64,000 nt of DNA, taken from Candidatus Levyibacteriota bacterium (lineage in GTDB: Bacteria > Patescibacteriota > Microgenomatia > Levybacterales > UBA12049). A program made the position numbers and the translations under genes. The stretch covers positions 16,071-80,070 of the forward strand of contig JACPLG010000008.1 of NCBI GenBank assembly GCA_016186625.1, in the 5' to 3' direction. Shown here in pieces: positions 49,931-59,166 of this stretch. Under the pieces are notes generated by a model. That model did not search any database. It worked only from the letters and a program-made list of their open reading frames with translations, and was not told the DNA's origin. Position 1 is the first letter of the stretch, and every line of letters begins with the position of its first letter.

Positions 49931-50428
49931 GTGAAAAAACTAATAGAACTCATTAAGAAACTTCTCGGATTAGGTGGCTCTTCATCAGACTCAAGCGGTT
50001 CAAAAGATAGCTCATCAGGCTTTACTCTCGTAGAGCTTTTAATTGTTATTGCAATTATAGGAATCCTTGCATCAGCGCTTCTAGTTGCATTAGACCCCGC
50101 TGAAAAAATAAGACTGGCAAATGATACAAGAGCAATTAATGATATAACTCAGACATCTTCCAAAATAGAGCAATACGCAATCCAAACCAGTGATGGGGTT
50201 TATCCATCTTCTCTAAGTAGTGCAACAGTTCCATTACCATCAGCACCAACTAATTACAGTTATGTATATACATATACTGCTGCAACAAATACGTTCACCC
50301 TCAGAGTAAACACCCTTCGTTCAAAAAAATACACAACAGGATCTTATGCTACCACACCGAGGTTTATATATGACTCGGTTAAAGGCAAAACTTGTCACGC
50401 AGGAGCTGCTGCGACTGTCTGTCCTTAA
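49931..50428 (+). CDS. Prepilin-type N-terminal cleavage/methylation pilin (candidate major pilin)
   Basis: ...GFTLVELLIVIAIIGILA class III signal peptide. Confidence 0.8.
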   Translation: MKKLIELIKKLLGLGGSSSDSSGSKDSSSGFTLVELLIVIAIIGILASALLVALDPAEKIRLANDTRAINDITQTSSKIEQYAIQTSDGVYPSSLSSATVPLPSAPTNYSYVYTYTAATNTFTLRVNTLRSKKYTTGSYATTPRFIYDSVKGKTCHAGAAATVCP

Positions 50429-50465
50429 CTTGACGTCTTCAAATGAATTCTCTATGCTCACCTAA

Positions 50466-51305
50466 GTGAGCATTTTTTTTGTAGTTTTTTTCTTTATCCT
50501 CGGGCTTTTCTTTGGCAGTTTTCTAAATCTTATTGCCGATAGACTTTCAAGAGGCGAAAAAATAACTGGGCGCTCCTACTGTGAGAATTGCAAAAAGATT
50601 CTTTCTTGGAAAGATCTTATTCCCCTACTCTCTTTTGTTTGGCTAAGAGGTAAGTGCAGATATTGCCACTCCCCCTTAACCTTTCAATATTTGTTTTCCG
50701 AACTTTTAACTGGGTTTTTGTTTTCGCTAACCTTTCTCTATGTGTTTAGTGTGGGAATTTTCAATTTTCAATTTTCAATTTTCAATGAAATCTTAAATCA
50801 GAAATCATTAATCATAAATCTTTTATATTATTTCTTCATTGTCTCATCAATGGTCGTCATCTTCTTTTCTGATCTTAGACATGGAATAATTCCGGATAAG
50901 ATAGTTTTTCCTGCAATTATTGCTTCACTCCTTTTCCTAACGATTTCTACTTTCTATCTTCCACCTTCAGAGATTCTACCCTCTACCCTCAACCATCTAT
51001 TGTCTGGTTTTGGCTCGTTTCTTTTTTTCCTTTTTTTATTTCTAATTACAAAAGGAAAAGGGATGGGATTTGGAGATGTTAAACTTTCCTTTTTGATTGG
51101 TCTTATCTTGGGATTGCCCGGAACAATTTATAGTATATATCTAGCATTCTTGACAGGCGGGGTCTTTGCAATCATACTTATTTTATGGAAGAAAAACAAG
51201 CTGAAATCGCAAGTTCCTTTCGGGCCTTTTTTGGTTGGAAATTTCTTTCTAGTCCTCTTTTTTCAACCCCAGATAAACAGAATAATTTTAAATTTAATAA
51301 GGTAA
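50466..51305 (+). CDS. pilD: Prepilin peptidase (A24 family)
   Basis: N-terminal CxxC...CxxC zinc motif. Polytopic A24 fold with conserved Asp residues. Confidence 0.85.
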   Translation: MSIFFVVFFFILGLFFGSFLNLIADRLSRGEKITGRSYCENCKKILSWKDLIPLLSFVWLRGKCRYCHSPLTFQYLFSELLTGFLFSLTFLYVFSVGIFNFQFSIFNEILNQKSLIINLLYYFFIVSSMVVIFFSDLRHGIIPDKIVFPAIIASLLFLTISTFYLPPSEILPSTLNHLLSGFGSFLFFLFLFLITKGKGMGFGDVKLSFLIGLILGLPGTIYSIYLAFLTGGVFAIILILWKKNKLKSQVPFGPFLVGNFFLVLFFQPQINRIILNLIR

Positions 51306-51730
51306 AAAAGCATCGGGGATTTACTTTGGTTGAGTTGCTTCTTGTTGTTGCCATACTTGGTATTTTGGTCTCAGGATTTATCACAATTATGAATCCAGCC
51401 AATCAGCTTAAAAATTCAAGAGATGCAAAAAGAAAATCAGATCTTAGACAAATTCAATCAGCTTTAGAGCTTTATAGAGCAGATTGCGGAAGCTATCCAG
51501 TAGCTCCTCCGAATCAGCTACCAAGTCCATTTACAAGTACCTGTACGGGGACAGTAGTTACTTATATGCAAAGTGTTCCTAAGGATCCAAAAGGTAATAA
51601 TTACTACTATCAAAATATAGGCTCAAGTGGATATGAGATTTCTATCTGTGCAGAAAACGCTAAGGCAGGAGAAGAAGGGGTAAAGCCACATGCAGTGTGT
51701 GGGTTTGTTTTTTTTGTAAACAATCCTTGA
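51185..51730 (+). CDS. Prepilin-like protein. The start is uncertain because there is no in-frame ATG near the KKHRGFTLVELL leader, and the ORF as given overlaps pilD.
   Basis: GFTLVELLLVVAILGIL prepilin motif. Confidence 0.65.
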   Translation: MEEKQAEIASSFRAFFGWKFLSSPLFSTPDKQNNFKFNKVKKHRGFTLVELLLVVAILGILVSGFITIMNPANQLKNSRDAKRKSDLRQIQSALELYRADCGSYPVAPPNQLPSPFTSTCTGTVVTYMQSVPKDPKGNNYYYQNIGSSGYEISICAENAKAGEEGVKPHAVCGFVFFVNNP

Positions 51731-51750
51731 TGAGATTGAATCCATAAATC

Positions 51751-52311
51751 ATGATAAATAGATATCAAAAAAATAAAGCCATTGGATTCACTCTAATTGA
51801 GGTTCTTCTGGGGATGGCAATAATTCTTATTATTGCAAGCGGCTCATACGTTGGTTTTGTCAAATTCGGCAGACAGCAAAATCTTAATATTTCCAGGGAC
51901 AATTTAGTCAACACCCTAACTGAGGCAAGAAGTAATGCCATGTCTCAAGTTATTACTACTACGCAATCCCCAAATGGATGCAAACAGCCTGGAACTTTCC
52001 GTACTCTTGAAGGCCAACGAGTTAGCTTTGATAGAACAACAGATCCCAACTCATATTTAATTCAGGAAGTTTGTAGGGATGCTTCTGGACCATACGCACC
52101 AATTGTTAAAAGAATTAGTCTTCCTTTAGGAACCGAATTCCTTTCTACTCCTCCTTTAGGGTATATTGAGTTTAAAGTTAGGACAGGTGAAGCAATTGCT
52201 TCGGAAATAGTTGTTAAAATTAAGGGAAGTACTGACCTTTCCCAAAGAAAAAAAATATGTATAAATTCCACAGGAGTAATTAAGTCAATAGAAGTAACAG
52301 AAGCATGTTAA
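51751..52311 (+). CDS. Prepilin-like minor pilin
   Basis: IGFTLIEVLLGMAIILII class III leader. Confidence 0.7.
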   Translation: MINRYQKNKAIGFTLIEVLLGMAIILIIASGSYVGFVKFGRQQNLNISRDNLVNTLTEARSNAMSQVITTTQSPNGCKQPGTFRTLEGQRVSFDRTTDPNSYLIQEVCRDASGPYAPIVKRISLPLGTEFLSTPPLGYIEFKVRTGEAIASEIVVKIKGSTDLSQRKKICINSTGVIKSIEVTEAC

Positions 52312-52790
52312 TAAAACTCATAAAAAATCAGAATGGGCAAGCCCTGATTGAGGCTCTTCTTGCCCTGGCATTTGCTGTGGTAATTATTACAGCAGTTGTA
52401 ATAGCAGTAATAAATGCACTAAGTAACACCAATTTTACCAAAAATCAGAATTTGGGTACCCAATATGCCCAGGAAGGCTTGGATTTAGCGCGCAACATGA
52501 AAGATTCCGACTATGATGGCTTTAAAGCTCTTGCAAATCCTAGTCCCAGGTATTACTGCATTACGGATGGGGATTTTCTTTATATCCCCCCGGATCAACC
52601 ATGTATTGTTGGAAATGATTTTTCAAGACACATATATATATTTCACGGGAGTCCGTTATGTGAAGCTAATTCATCTTTTGTTTCCTCAACTGTTTCCTGG
52701 ACTGATTCAAAGTGCACAGACGGAAGTAATTGTCATAAAATACAGCTGGACTCGTGTTTTAGTGATCCCAATAAGGCTTTCGGTACATAG
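52305..52790 (+). CDS. Pilin-like protein (PilV/PulG-like hydrophobic N-terminus)
   Basis: NGQALIEALLALAFAVVIIT. Confidence 0.5.
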   Translation: MLIKLIKNQNGQALIEALLALAFAVVIITAVVIAVINALSNTNFTKNQNLGTQYAQEGLDLARNMKDSDYDGFKALANPSPRYYCITDGDFLYIPPDQPCIVGNDFSRHIYIFHGSPLCEANSSFVSSTVSWTDSKCTDGSNCHKIQLDSCFSDPNKAFGT

Positions 52791-52792
52791 CA

Positions 52793-53335
52793 ATGAGATT
52801 AAAACTAAATCAGCTCGGGTTTTCTTTAATTGAAATTCTGGTTGCAATTGCCATAATTATAACTGCAACAACAGTTGTTGTGGCAATACTCTCCTCATCC
52901 TTTAGGGGTATTAGTAAATCAAATGTAGTGGAGGAAGTAAGACAGAACGGCAACCGCGCTATTACCCAAATGTCCCGAACAATTCAATTTGCTGAAAGTT
53001 TTCAGGGAGCATTTATTAACGATTCAACTTATGATTTAGCTTGCACTGCAAGCGCTGGCAAAAACTATGAATATATTAAGCTAAATTCAGGAGGAAGGCT
53101 GGTAACATTATCTTGTAATAATTTGTCCATGGGTTCAACCACTGTAACACCTCTTATAGATACAACCCGAGTAAGCGTTGTTGAGGGTAGCTGTTCTTTT
53201 ACTTGCACTCAACAAAGCGTTGACGATTCTCCTATAATCGGAATTAATTTTGAGTTATCTCAGGCTGGAGAAACTGCTCCTGAAAAAAGCGCCAAAATTC
53301 CCTTCTCAACAACTGTTAAAATGCGTAATCGCTAG
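52793..53335 (+). CDS. Prepilin-like minor pilin
   Basis: LGFSLIEILVAIAIIITATTVVVAIL. Confidence 0.65.
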   Translation: MRLKLNQLGFSLIEILVAIAIIITATTVVVAILSSSFRGISKSNVVEEVRQNGNRAITQMSRTIQFAESFQGAFINDSTYDLACTASAGKNYEYIKLNSGGRLVTLSCNNLSMGSTTVTPLIDTTRVSVVEGSCSFTCTQQSVDDSPIIGINFELSQAGETAPEKSAKIPFSTTVKMRNR

Positions 53336-53438
53336 GCCCCGTTAGGGATTTTGCTTGAAAAATTTATAAAGTTTATAGCTTGCAAACATAGCTCTAACGG
53401 GGTTGACATTTTACTCGTCTCCTTGTTAGTCTTAAAGT

Positions 53439-54287
53439 ATGGAGATTCTTGATAGTGCCAGTAGTCAAAAAGGCCAGATTCTTCTTATTGTTGTTCTTGC
53501 TGCTGTTGTTTCGTTAACAGTTGGTCTTTCTGCAGTTTCGCGGACTATTACCAATACCCGAGTTTCAACAGAGGAAGCAAACTCCCAAAAAGCGCTATCA
53601 GCCGCTGAAGCTGGGATTGAAGAGTTGGTAAACAACAGTGCTTTATTAGCCGTAAGAAATGAATCAAATCCCCTTGCGAAAAGTTTCTCAAATAATTCTA
53701 CATTTACCGCAGCATCTACTCCTATTGCCGGTTCGGAAATTTTGATTAATGATGGAAGCCAAATCCTAAAAGACGACGGAGCAGACATTTGGTTTTCATC
53801 GTACCCTAATTTTGAAGGCTCCCCCCGCTGGAGCGGGACTTTGACAGTTTTGTGGGATAACAATGATGGCTGCAGCGCAAGTGAAACCCGGGTAACTGCG
53901 GCAGTTGAAATTGTAGTAATTCAGGGAGCTAGCAAAAATGATCCTGACATGACTAGGGCGGTATATGATCCCTGCTCAGTTAGAGCTTCAAGTAATGGTT
54001 TTCAAATCCCAACAAGCCTTTCAGCTGCCAGTAAAACAGTGGATAGCCGAGTTTTTGCAAATGGAGTCAATGTAACTGTTGCAAACGGATTTATAGCAAG
54101 AGTAATCCCTTTGTACGCCAATGCTGTAATGGGTGCTCGCGTTTCTGCCGGGCCTGCGCTTCCCACCCAAGGATATGCAATAGACTCCGTTGGATCAGCA
54201 GGCAGTACTAAGCGAAGCGTTAGAGTATTCAGAGGTTTTCCCAGAGTTCCTATCGAGTACTTTCCTTATAACATTTTCCTTCCATAG
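53439..54287 (+). CDS. PilX-N-like minor pilin or tip-associated protein
   Basis: GQILLIVVLAAVVSL...ALSAAEAGIEE resembles PilX_N. Confidence 0.45.
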   Translation: MEILDSASSQKGQILLIVVLAAVVSLTVGLSAVSRTITNTRVSTEEANSQKALSAAEAGIEELVNNSALLAVRNESNPLAKSFSNNSTFTAASTPIAGSEILINDGSQILKDDGADIWFSSYPNFEGSPRWSGTLTVLWDNNDGCSASETRVTAAVEIVVIQGASKNDPDMTRAVYDPCSVRASSNGFQIPTSLSAASKTVDSRVFANGVNVTVANGFIARVIPLYANAVMGARVSAGPALPTQGYAIDSVGSAGSTKRSVRVFRGFPRVPIEYFPYNIFLP

Positions 54288-54376
54288 CTTATGAATCCCA
54301 TTAGAAAAAAAGATTTTAATCAGGAATCTAGGCATGTAAATATAATAATTAATCTTATAAGGAGTTTTCTAACGGG

Positions 54377-55420
54377 ATGAACAAAAAGTCCTTTGGTCTG
54401 GACATTGGGGTCTCAAGTATTAAGGCGGTTGAGTTGGATGCGGATAAAAATAATTTTAAACTAAAAGCCTGCATAGTGGTCCCATCTCCGCCAAAAGGTA
54501 TGCTTTCTGAATCTCCGGTTGATGAGGAAGAAATGGCTGAGGCTCTTAAAAAGGCAGTGTATGATGCCGGGATATCTGTTAAAAAAACTAACATCGCACT
54601 TCCTGAGAATCAGGTTTATACAAAAGTCGTAGAAATGCCATACCTTTCCGATAGAGAGCTTGCTTCAGCTATTTACTGGGAGGCAGAGCAGTATATTCCA
54701 ATTCCCCTTTCCTCAGTTTCTCTTTCCTGGAATGTAATAAGAAGATCCCAGAAACCCCAGCCCAATGAAAAAATGGAAGTTCTTATGGTGGGAGCACCCA
54801 CACTTATTATTAAAAAATACCAAAAAGTTATAGGAATGGCGGGTCTGGGAGTTAGCGCTATGGAAACAGAGATTATATCAACAGTTAGGGCAATAACTGC
54901 TTTTAACCCCGTAAATTATACAGCCCCTACAATTATAGTAAATATAGGAGCAATCAGCACCTCTCTTGCAATCGTTTCGGGGAATAACCTTATTTTTACC
55001 TATTCTCTTCCAATAGGAGGCGCAGCAATTAATAGAGCAATTTCAGCCGATTTTGGACTTTCAACTCTACAGGCTGAAGAATATAAAAAAACATATGGAA
55101 TTGCCAAAGGGCCCTTAGGAGCGCGAATTGGTAAAGCGACAGAGCCGATCATTTCATCAATCCTTTCCGAAGTTAAAAAAGCTATTATTTATTTCTCACA
55201 AAAATATAAAGATAGTAGAATTGAGCAAATTATTCTATCAGGAGAGTCAGCAAGGCTTCCGGGGATAGATATATATTTTGCCAACAGCACAGGAATTGAG
55301 ACGGTTATTGCAAATCCGTGGAAGTTTCTTAATCCTTCGGAAGTTCCAAAAGAAATTCTAGATCGAGCTCCTGATTACTCCATAGCGGTAGGACTTGCGC
55401 TTCGGGATTATGAGCATTGA
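54377..55420 (+). CDS. pilM: Type IV pilus assembly protein PilM (actin-like ATPase)
   Basis: FGLDIGVSSIKAVEL phosphate-1 motif and an FtsA/actin fold. Confidence 0.85.
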   Translation: MNKKSFGLDIGVSSIKAVELDADKNNFKLKACIVVPSPPKGMLSESPVDEEEMAEALKKAVYDAGISVKKTNIALPENQVYTKVVEMPYLSDRELASAIYWEAEQYIPIPLSSVSLSWNVIRRSQKPQPNEKMEVLMVGAPTLIIKKYQKVIGMAGLGVSAMETEIISTVRAITAFNPVNYTAPTIIVNIGAISTSLAIVSGNNLIFTYSLPIGGAAINRAISADFGLSTLQAEEYKKTYGIAKGPLGARIGKATEPIISSILSEVKKAIIYFSQKYKDSRIEQIILSGESARLPGIDIYFANSTGIETVIANPWKFLNPSEVPKEILDRAPDYSIAVGLALRDYEH

Positions 55421-55925
55421 TATAAATTTAATAAATAAAGCTTCGGAAGGTTTAAAAGAAAATAGGCTTAAAAAGATCAGAACTATCTCGTTTTCCGCTC
55501 TTTTTTTAGTCGGATTTTTATCAGTTGTTTTTTTCCTGATAGATTACAGATTCTCTGCAAACTACGCTAAGAAACAACAGGCAGAAATTATTTCTGCCCT
55601 ATCAGAATACGATGAGACAGCAACTAAAATTTTTTTACTGAACCAGCGGCTTTCAGACATATCGCAAATCTTATCGGATAGAAAAAAGCACCACGAAAGA
55701 GCTGGTAAAATAATTGAGAAAATTCCCACCTCTTTGGCTATTTCAGAATTTCAAATTGATGAAGCGGGTATTTCTTTGGAAGTCAGCTCATCCTCGCTTT
55801 TGGATTTAAATAATTTTCTGAATGAAATTCTAGCACTTTCTGAAGCTAAGGTTATTAGTAACGTTGTACTTGACGCTCTGTCTAGCTCAGGGTCCGAATT
55901 CAGAATGAAAATCAAAGCAGTATAG
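55395..55925 (+). CDS. pilN: PilN-like bitopic protein
   Basis: Position after pilM, with a single N-terminal TM segment and a coiled-coil region. Confidence 0.55.
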   Translation: MRFGIMSIDINLINKASEGLKENRLKKIRTISFSALFLVGFLSVVFFLIDYRFSANYAKKQQAEIISALSEYDETATKIFLLNQRLSDISQILSDRKKHHERAGKIIEKIPTSLAISEFQIDEAGISLEVSSSSLLDLNNFLNEILALSEAKVISNVVLDALSSSGSEFRMKIKAV

Positions 55926-56651
55926 ATGAATTTCAACACAAAACTTTCAAAAGAAGAAGTATTAAGTTTTTACTCAGATAATAAGGAATATGCTTTGCCA
56001 GCGCTAAGTATTGTTGCATCATTCTTTTTATTTTTTGTTTTTATTGTCCCCCAGCTAATTTCTTTTCCGTCAAAAAGACAGGAAGCAAATATTGAAAATG
56101 CTAAATTAGAAAGAATTAAAGAAGCTGAAAAGGTACTTACCGGAGCAAATGTAGATATTCTTGATTCTCAAATAAAAATTGCCACCAAAGCACTTCCTCC
56201 TGGCAAAGCATTCGAGGAAATTCTAAATGGTATTTCCTCTGCTGTATCACTGTCAAATACGCAAATTGAAAGTTATCAATTTGATACTCAGACTATTCTA
56301 TCGACCGGAAGCATTGCAAGCAAATTCTCTACGCTTCTTTTTGAAATTACAATTATTGGATCCACCCAGGAAGCAATTGAATTTACTAAAGCGCTTTATA
56401 AAACTTATCCGGCTTCTGAAGTAACAAGTATACTTACCTCATCAGGCATAACATCCGTTAAAGCGCTCTTTTACTATAAATCTTTTTCTCAGGTAAGTCC
56501 TGAAGAAAGAACACAGGTGAGAAGTATTTCTGCAAAAGAGAAAGAAACACTTGATGAAATTTCCAAATGGAATGACACTTCTGCCGTGATTTTCTTTGAG
56601 CCGGAAGTTTCTGCTACTGAATCTGCGGAGAATGATTCCTCGCCTTTTTAG
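55926..56651 (+). CDS. pilO: PilO-like bitopic protein
   Basis: Position after pilM and pilN, and matching topology. Confidence 0.45.
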   Translation: MNFNTKLSKEEVLSFYSDNKEYALPALSIVASFFLFFVFIVPQLISFPSKRQEANIENAKLERIKEAEKVLTGANVDILDSQIKIATKALPPGKAFEEILNGISSAVSLSNTQIESYQFDTQTILSTGSIASKFSTLLFEITIIGSTQEAIEFTKALYKTYPASEVTSILTSSGITSVKALFYYKSFSQVSPEERTQVRSISAKEKETLDEISKWNDTSAVIFFEPEVSATESAENDSSPF

Positions 56652-57315
56652 AATTTAGGTTTTTTCTGGTTTTTTTGACAGACTCTTTTTCTTTCCACTG
56701 CCTAATTTTCTTATGATCACCAGAAAGAAGAATTTGAGGAACACTAAGTTTCCCAAACCTCTTTGGACGGGTGTATTGAGGGTGTTCCAAGAGGCCCTGG
56801 GAAAATGATTCAGACTGCGTAACACCCTGCCTTAGGACCCCTTTAACTAGCCTTATGACGCTATCTACAATTGCCATTGCAGGAATCTCGCCTCCTGTTA
56901 GTATGAAATTACCAATAGAGACCTCTTCATCAATAAAATTTAATATCCTTTCATCAACTCCCTCATAATGACCACAAATAATTATTAAATGCTTAAGATG
57001 TGAAAAATCCTTTGCCATTTCCTGATTGTAAGTTTTCCCACCTGCGCTAAGAAGTATTACTTTTTGTTCTTTTTTTGTGAGCTTCTTATCAACTGAATGT
57101 TTAATGGCTCTTTGTAAGACATCTACCTTAAGAATCATACCCGCGCCTCCACCGTATGGCTTATCGTCCACTGTCCTATGCTTTCCTACTCCGAACTCTC
57201 TTAGGTCTATAAGATTAATTTCTACTAGTCCCTGAACCTTTGCGCGATTAATAATTGAATAGTTGAATGGGCCAATAAACATTTGGGGGAAAAGAGTGAT
57301 TACAGAAATCTTCAT
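56614..57315 (-). CDS. trmD: tRNA (guanine37-N1)-methyltransferase
   Basis: MKISVITLFPQMF and a SPOUT knot region. Confidence 0.9.
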   Translation of the reverse strand: MKISVITLFPQMFIGPFNYSIINRAKVQGLVEINLIDLREFGVGKHRTVDDKPYGGGAGMILKVDVLQRAIKHSVDKKLTKKEQKVILLSAGGKTYNQEMAKDFSHLKHLIIICGHYEGVDERILNFIDEEVSIGNFILTGGEIPAMAIVDSVIRLVKGVLRQGVTQSESFSQGLLEHPQYTRPKRFGKLSVPQILLSGDHKKIRQWKEKESVKKTRKNLNSKKARNHSPQIQ

Positions 57316-57334
57316 AAGGCTTGATTTAGAAGAT

Positions 57335-57568
57335 TCAATTTTCTGAAAGTGAAATGTAAATTTTCTTGTTTGCAGAAACTGCGGGAATTCTCATAATATT
57401 TCTTATGGCTCTGATTACCTTTCCATCTTTACCAATAACTTTTCCAATCTCATCTTGAGAGACTTTTACAGTGAAGTTAACTATACCCTGATTTTCCTCT
57501 TCCAAAATATCAACCTCTTTTTCCTTCTCAACGATGTTTTTGATAATAAAATATAGAGCGTCTTTCAT
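57335..57568 (-). CDS. KH-domain RNA-binding protein (YlqC/UPF0109)
   Basis: IGKVIGKDGKVIRAIRNI GXXG KH motif. Conserved rpsP–KH–trmD neighbourhood. Confidence 0.75.
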   Translation of the reverse strand: MKDALYFIIKNIVEKEKEVDILEEENQGIVNFTVKVSQDEIGKVIGKDGKVIRAIRNIMRIPAVSANKKIYISLSEN

Positions 57569-57795
57569 TTTTCAAAAATTCGGGCCACTGTCTCACTTGG
57601 TCTTGCCCCAACTGAAAGCCAATAATTATATCTGTCTTTCTTTAAATTTTGTTTGCCACTTTCCTTTCCTTTTTCAAAAGATCCAAGCGTTTCAATGCTA
57701 TCTCCATCTCTTCGAGATCTTTTTTCCTTAACAACGATTCTAAATTTTCTCTCGCCCCGTTTTCCCATACGGGCAAGTCTAATTACTACTGACAT
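57565..57795 (-). CDS. rpsP: 30S ribosomal protein S16
   Basis: MSVVIRLARMGKRGERKFRIVV. Confidence 0.9.
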   Translation of the reverse strand: MSVVIRLARMGKRGERKFRIVVKEKRSRRDGDSIETLGSFEKGKESGKQNLKKDRYNYWLSVGARPSETVARIFEK

Positions 57796-57834
57796 GAGGC
57801 TATCTTACCATTTTTTGTTTGTTTTTCCAAGGAA

Positions 57835-58497
57835 TCATTTCTCGAGTCCTTCAAGGGCTTTTTCTGCGGCGTTTTCTTCCGCTTCTTGCTTGCTTCTTCC
57901 CTCCCCTTTTCCGATCAACTTTTCCCCAACAAAAACCCCAACTAAAAATTGTCTTTTGTGTGCAGGTCCTTCTTCTGATAAGACTTTGTATAAAGGCGAG
58001 TTTTGTTTTCGAGCCTGTACATACTCCTGAAGTATACTTTTAGGATCTTTTAATATATTTTTTTGAATTAAGCCCTCAATTCTGAGGATTATGGTCAATT
58101 TTAGAAATTTCTCTACCTCCGAAATTCCCTGATCCAAAAAAAGAGCTCCAATAAATGCTTCAAAAGCATCGGCCAAGAGGCTTTGATTCTTTCTTCCTCC
58201 GGAGTCTTCCTCTCCCTTTGACAGTCGAAGTCTTGATCCAAGGTCACATTCATTTGCAGCTTGGGCAAGAGTCTTAGTGTTTACAAGAAGCGAACGTAAA
58301 TTTGTAAGTTTTCCCTCATTAAACTCCGGATAATTTGTAAAAAGATGAGTTGAGACTATAAAAGAAAGAATACTGTCTCCTAGAAATTCCAGTCTCTCGT
58401 TTGATAGGGTCTTTTCCCTAGATTCATTGAGGAATGACCTGTGTGTTAGAGCTTCCTGAAGTAATTTTTTATTTTTAATTTTTGGAAGATTTATCAT
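57835..58497 (-). CDS. rnc: Ribonuclease III
   Basis: [11 protein letters not shown] signature plus a C-terminal dsRBD. Confidence 0.9.
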   Translation of the reverse strand: MINLPKIKNKKLLQEALTHRSFLNESREKTLSNERLEFLGDSILSFIVSTHLFTNYPEFNEGKLTNLRSLLVNTKTLAQAANECDLGSRLRLSKGEEDSGGRKNQSLLADAFEAFIGALFLDQGISEVEKFLKLTIILRIEGLIQKNILKDPKSILQEYVQARKQNSPLYKVLSEEGPAHKRQFLVGVFVGEKLIGKGEGRSKQEAEENAAEKALEGLEK

Positions 58498-58840
58498 GAT
58501 TTATAATTTTTCCCAATGCCCCATTTACAAATGCAGGGCTTGTTTCTCCTCCATATTCTTTTGCTAGTTCTATTGCTTCATCAATTATAACCTTTGGTGG
58601 TTCTTTTTTCGAGACTAACAATTCGTAAATTGCTAGCCGAAGTATTGCCAAATCGACTTTATTTATTTTATCAATTGGAAATTCAGGAGCCGCATATTCA
58701 ATATTTTTGTCTAGCAACTTAACATGTTTTATTATCTCCCGTGTTGAATGGGAGATTGGTTGATTGTGAAATTCTATCTTAAAAAGATCTTCAATTATTT
58801 TTTGTCGTCTCTTATGGCGAGGGTCAAGCGCGGTTTTCAT
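58475..58840 (-). CDS. nusB: Transcription antitermination factor NusB
   Basis: NusB helical fold signature ([13 protein letters not shown]...[10 protein letters not shown]). Confidence 0.8.
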   Translation of the reverse strand: MKTALDPRHKRRQKIIEDLFKIEFHNQPISHSTREIIKHVKLLDKNIEYAAPEFPIDKINKVDLAILRLAIYELLVSKKEPPKVIIDEAIELAKEYGGETSPAFVNGALGKIINHDKSSKN

Positions 58841-59049
58841 TATTTAGCTTGTGGTATCTTTTTTTCCGGTTTTGACAATTGAATATATTCTTTCCCCCTA
58901 TAAAAACCGCAGTTTTTACAAACCGCATGAGGAAGTGTCATTGCCCCGCAGTTTGGGCAGACAATCGCATTTGGAATTAAAAGCGCAATATTTGCTCTTC
59001 TTTTTCCCTTCCTAGCCCTTGAGTGTCTTCTTTTTGGTTCTCCAGGCAT
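58840..59049 (-). CDS. rpmF: 50S ribosomal protein L32
   Basis: N-terminal basic [13 protein letters not shown] followed by a CPNCG...CKNCGFY zinc ribbon. Confidence 0.8.
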   Translation of the reverse strand: MPGEPKRRHSRARKGKRRANIALLIPNAIVCPNCGAMTLPHAVCKNCGFYRGKEYIQLSKPEKKIPQAK

Positions 59050-59166
59050 AAACGTTAATAGCTAAATAGTTGCATGGTTGAATAGATATTTTAGCAATTG
59101 AACCATTTTAGCTATTGGCCTTTATTTTACTTTATTTGAAGCTAGTTCGCAACCTTACGAATGAAA

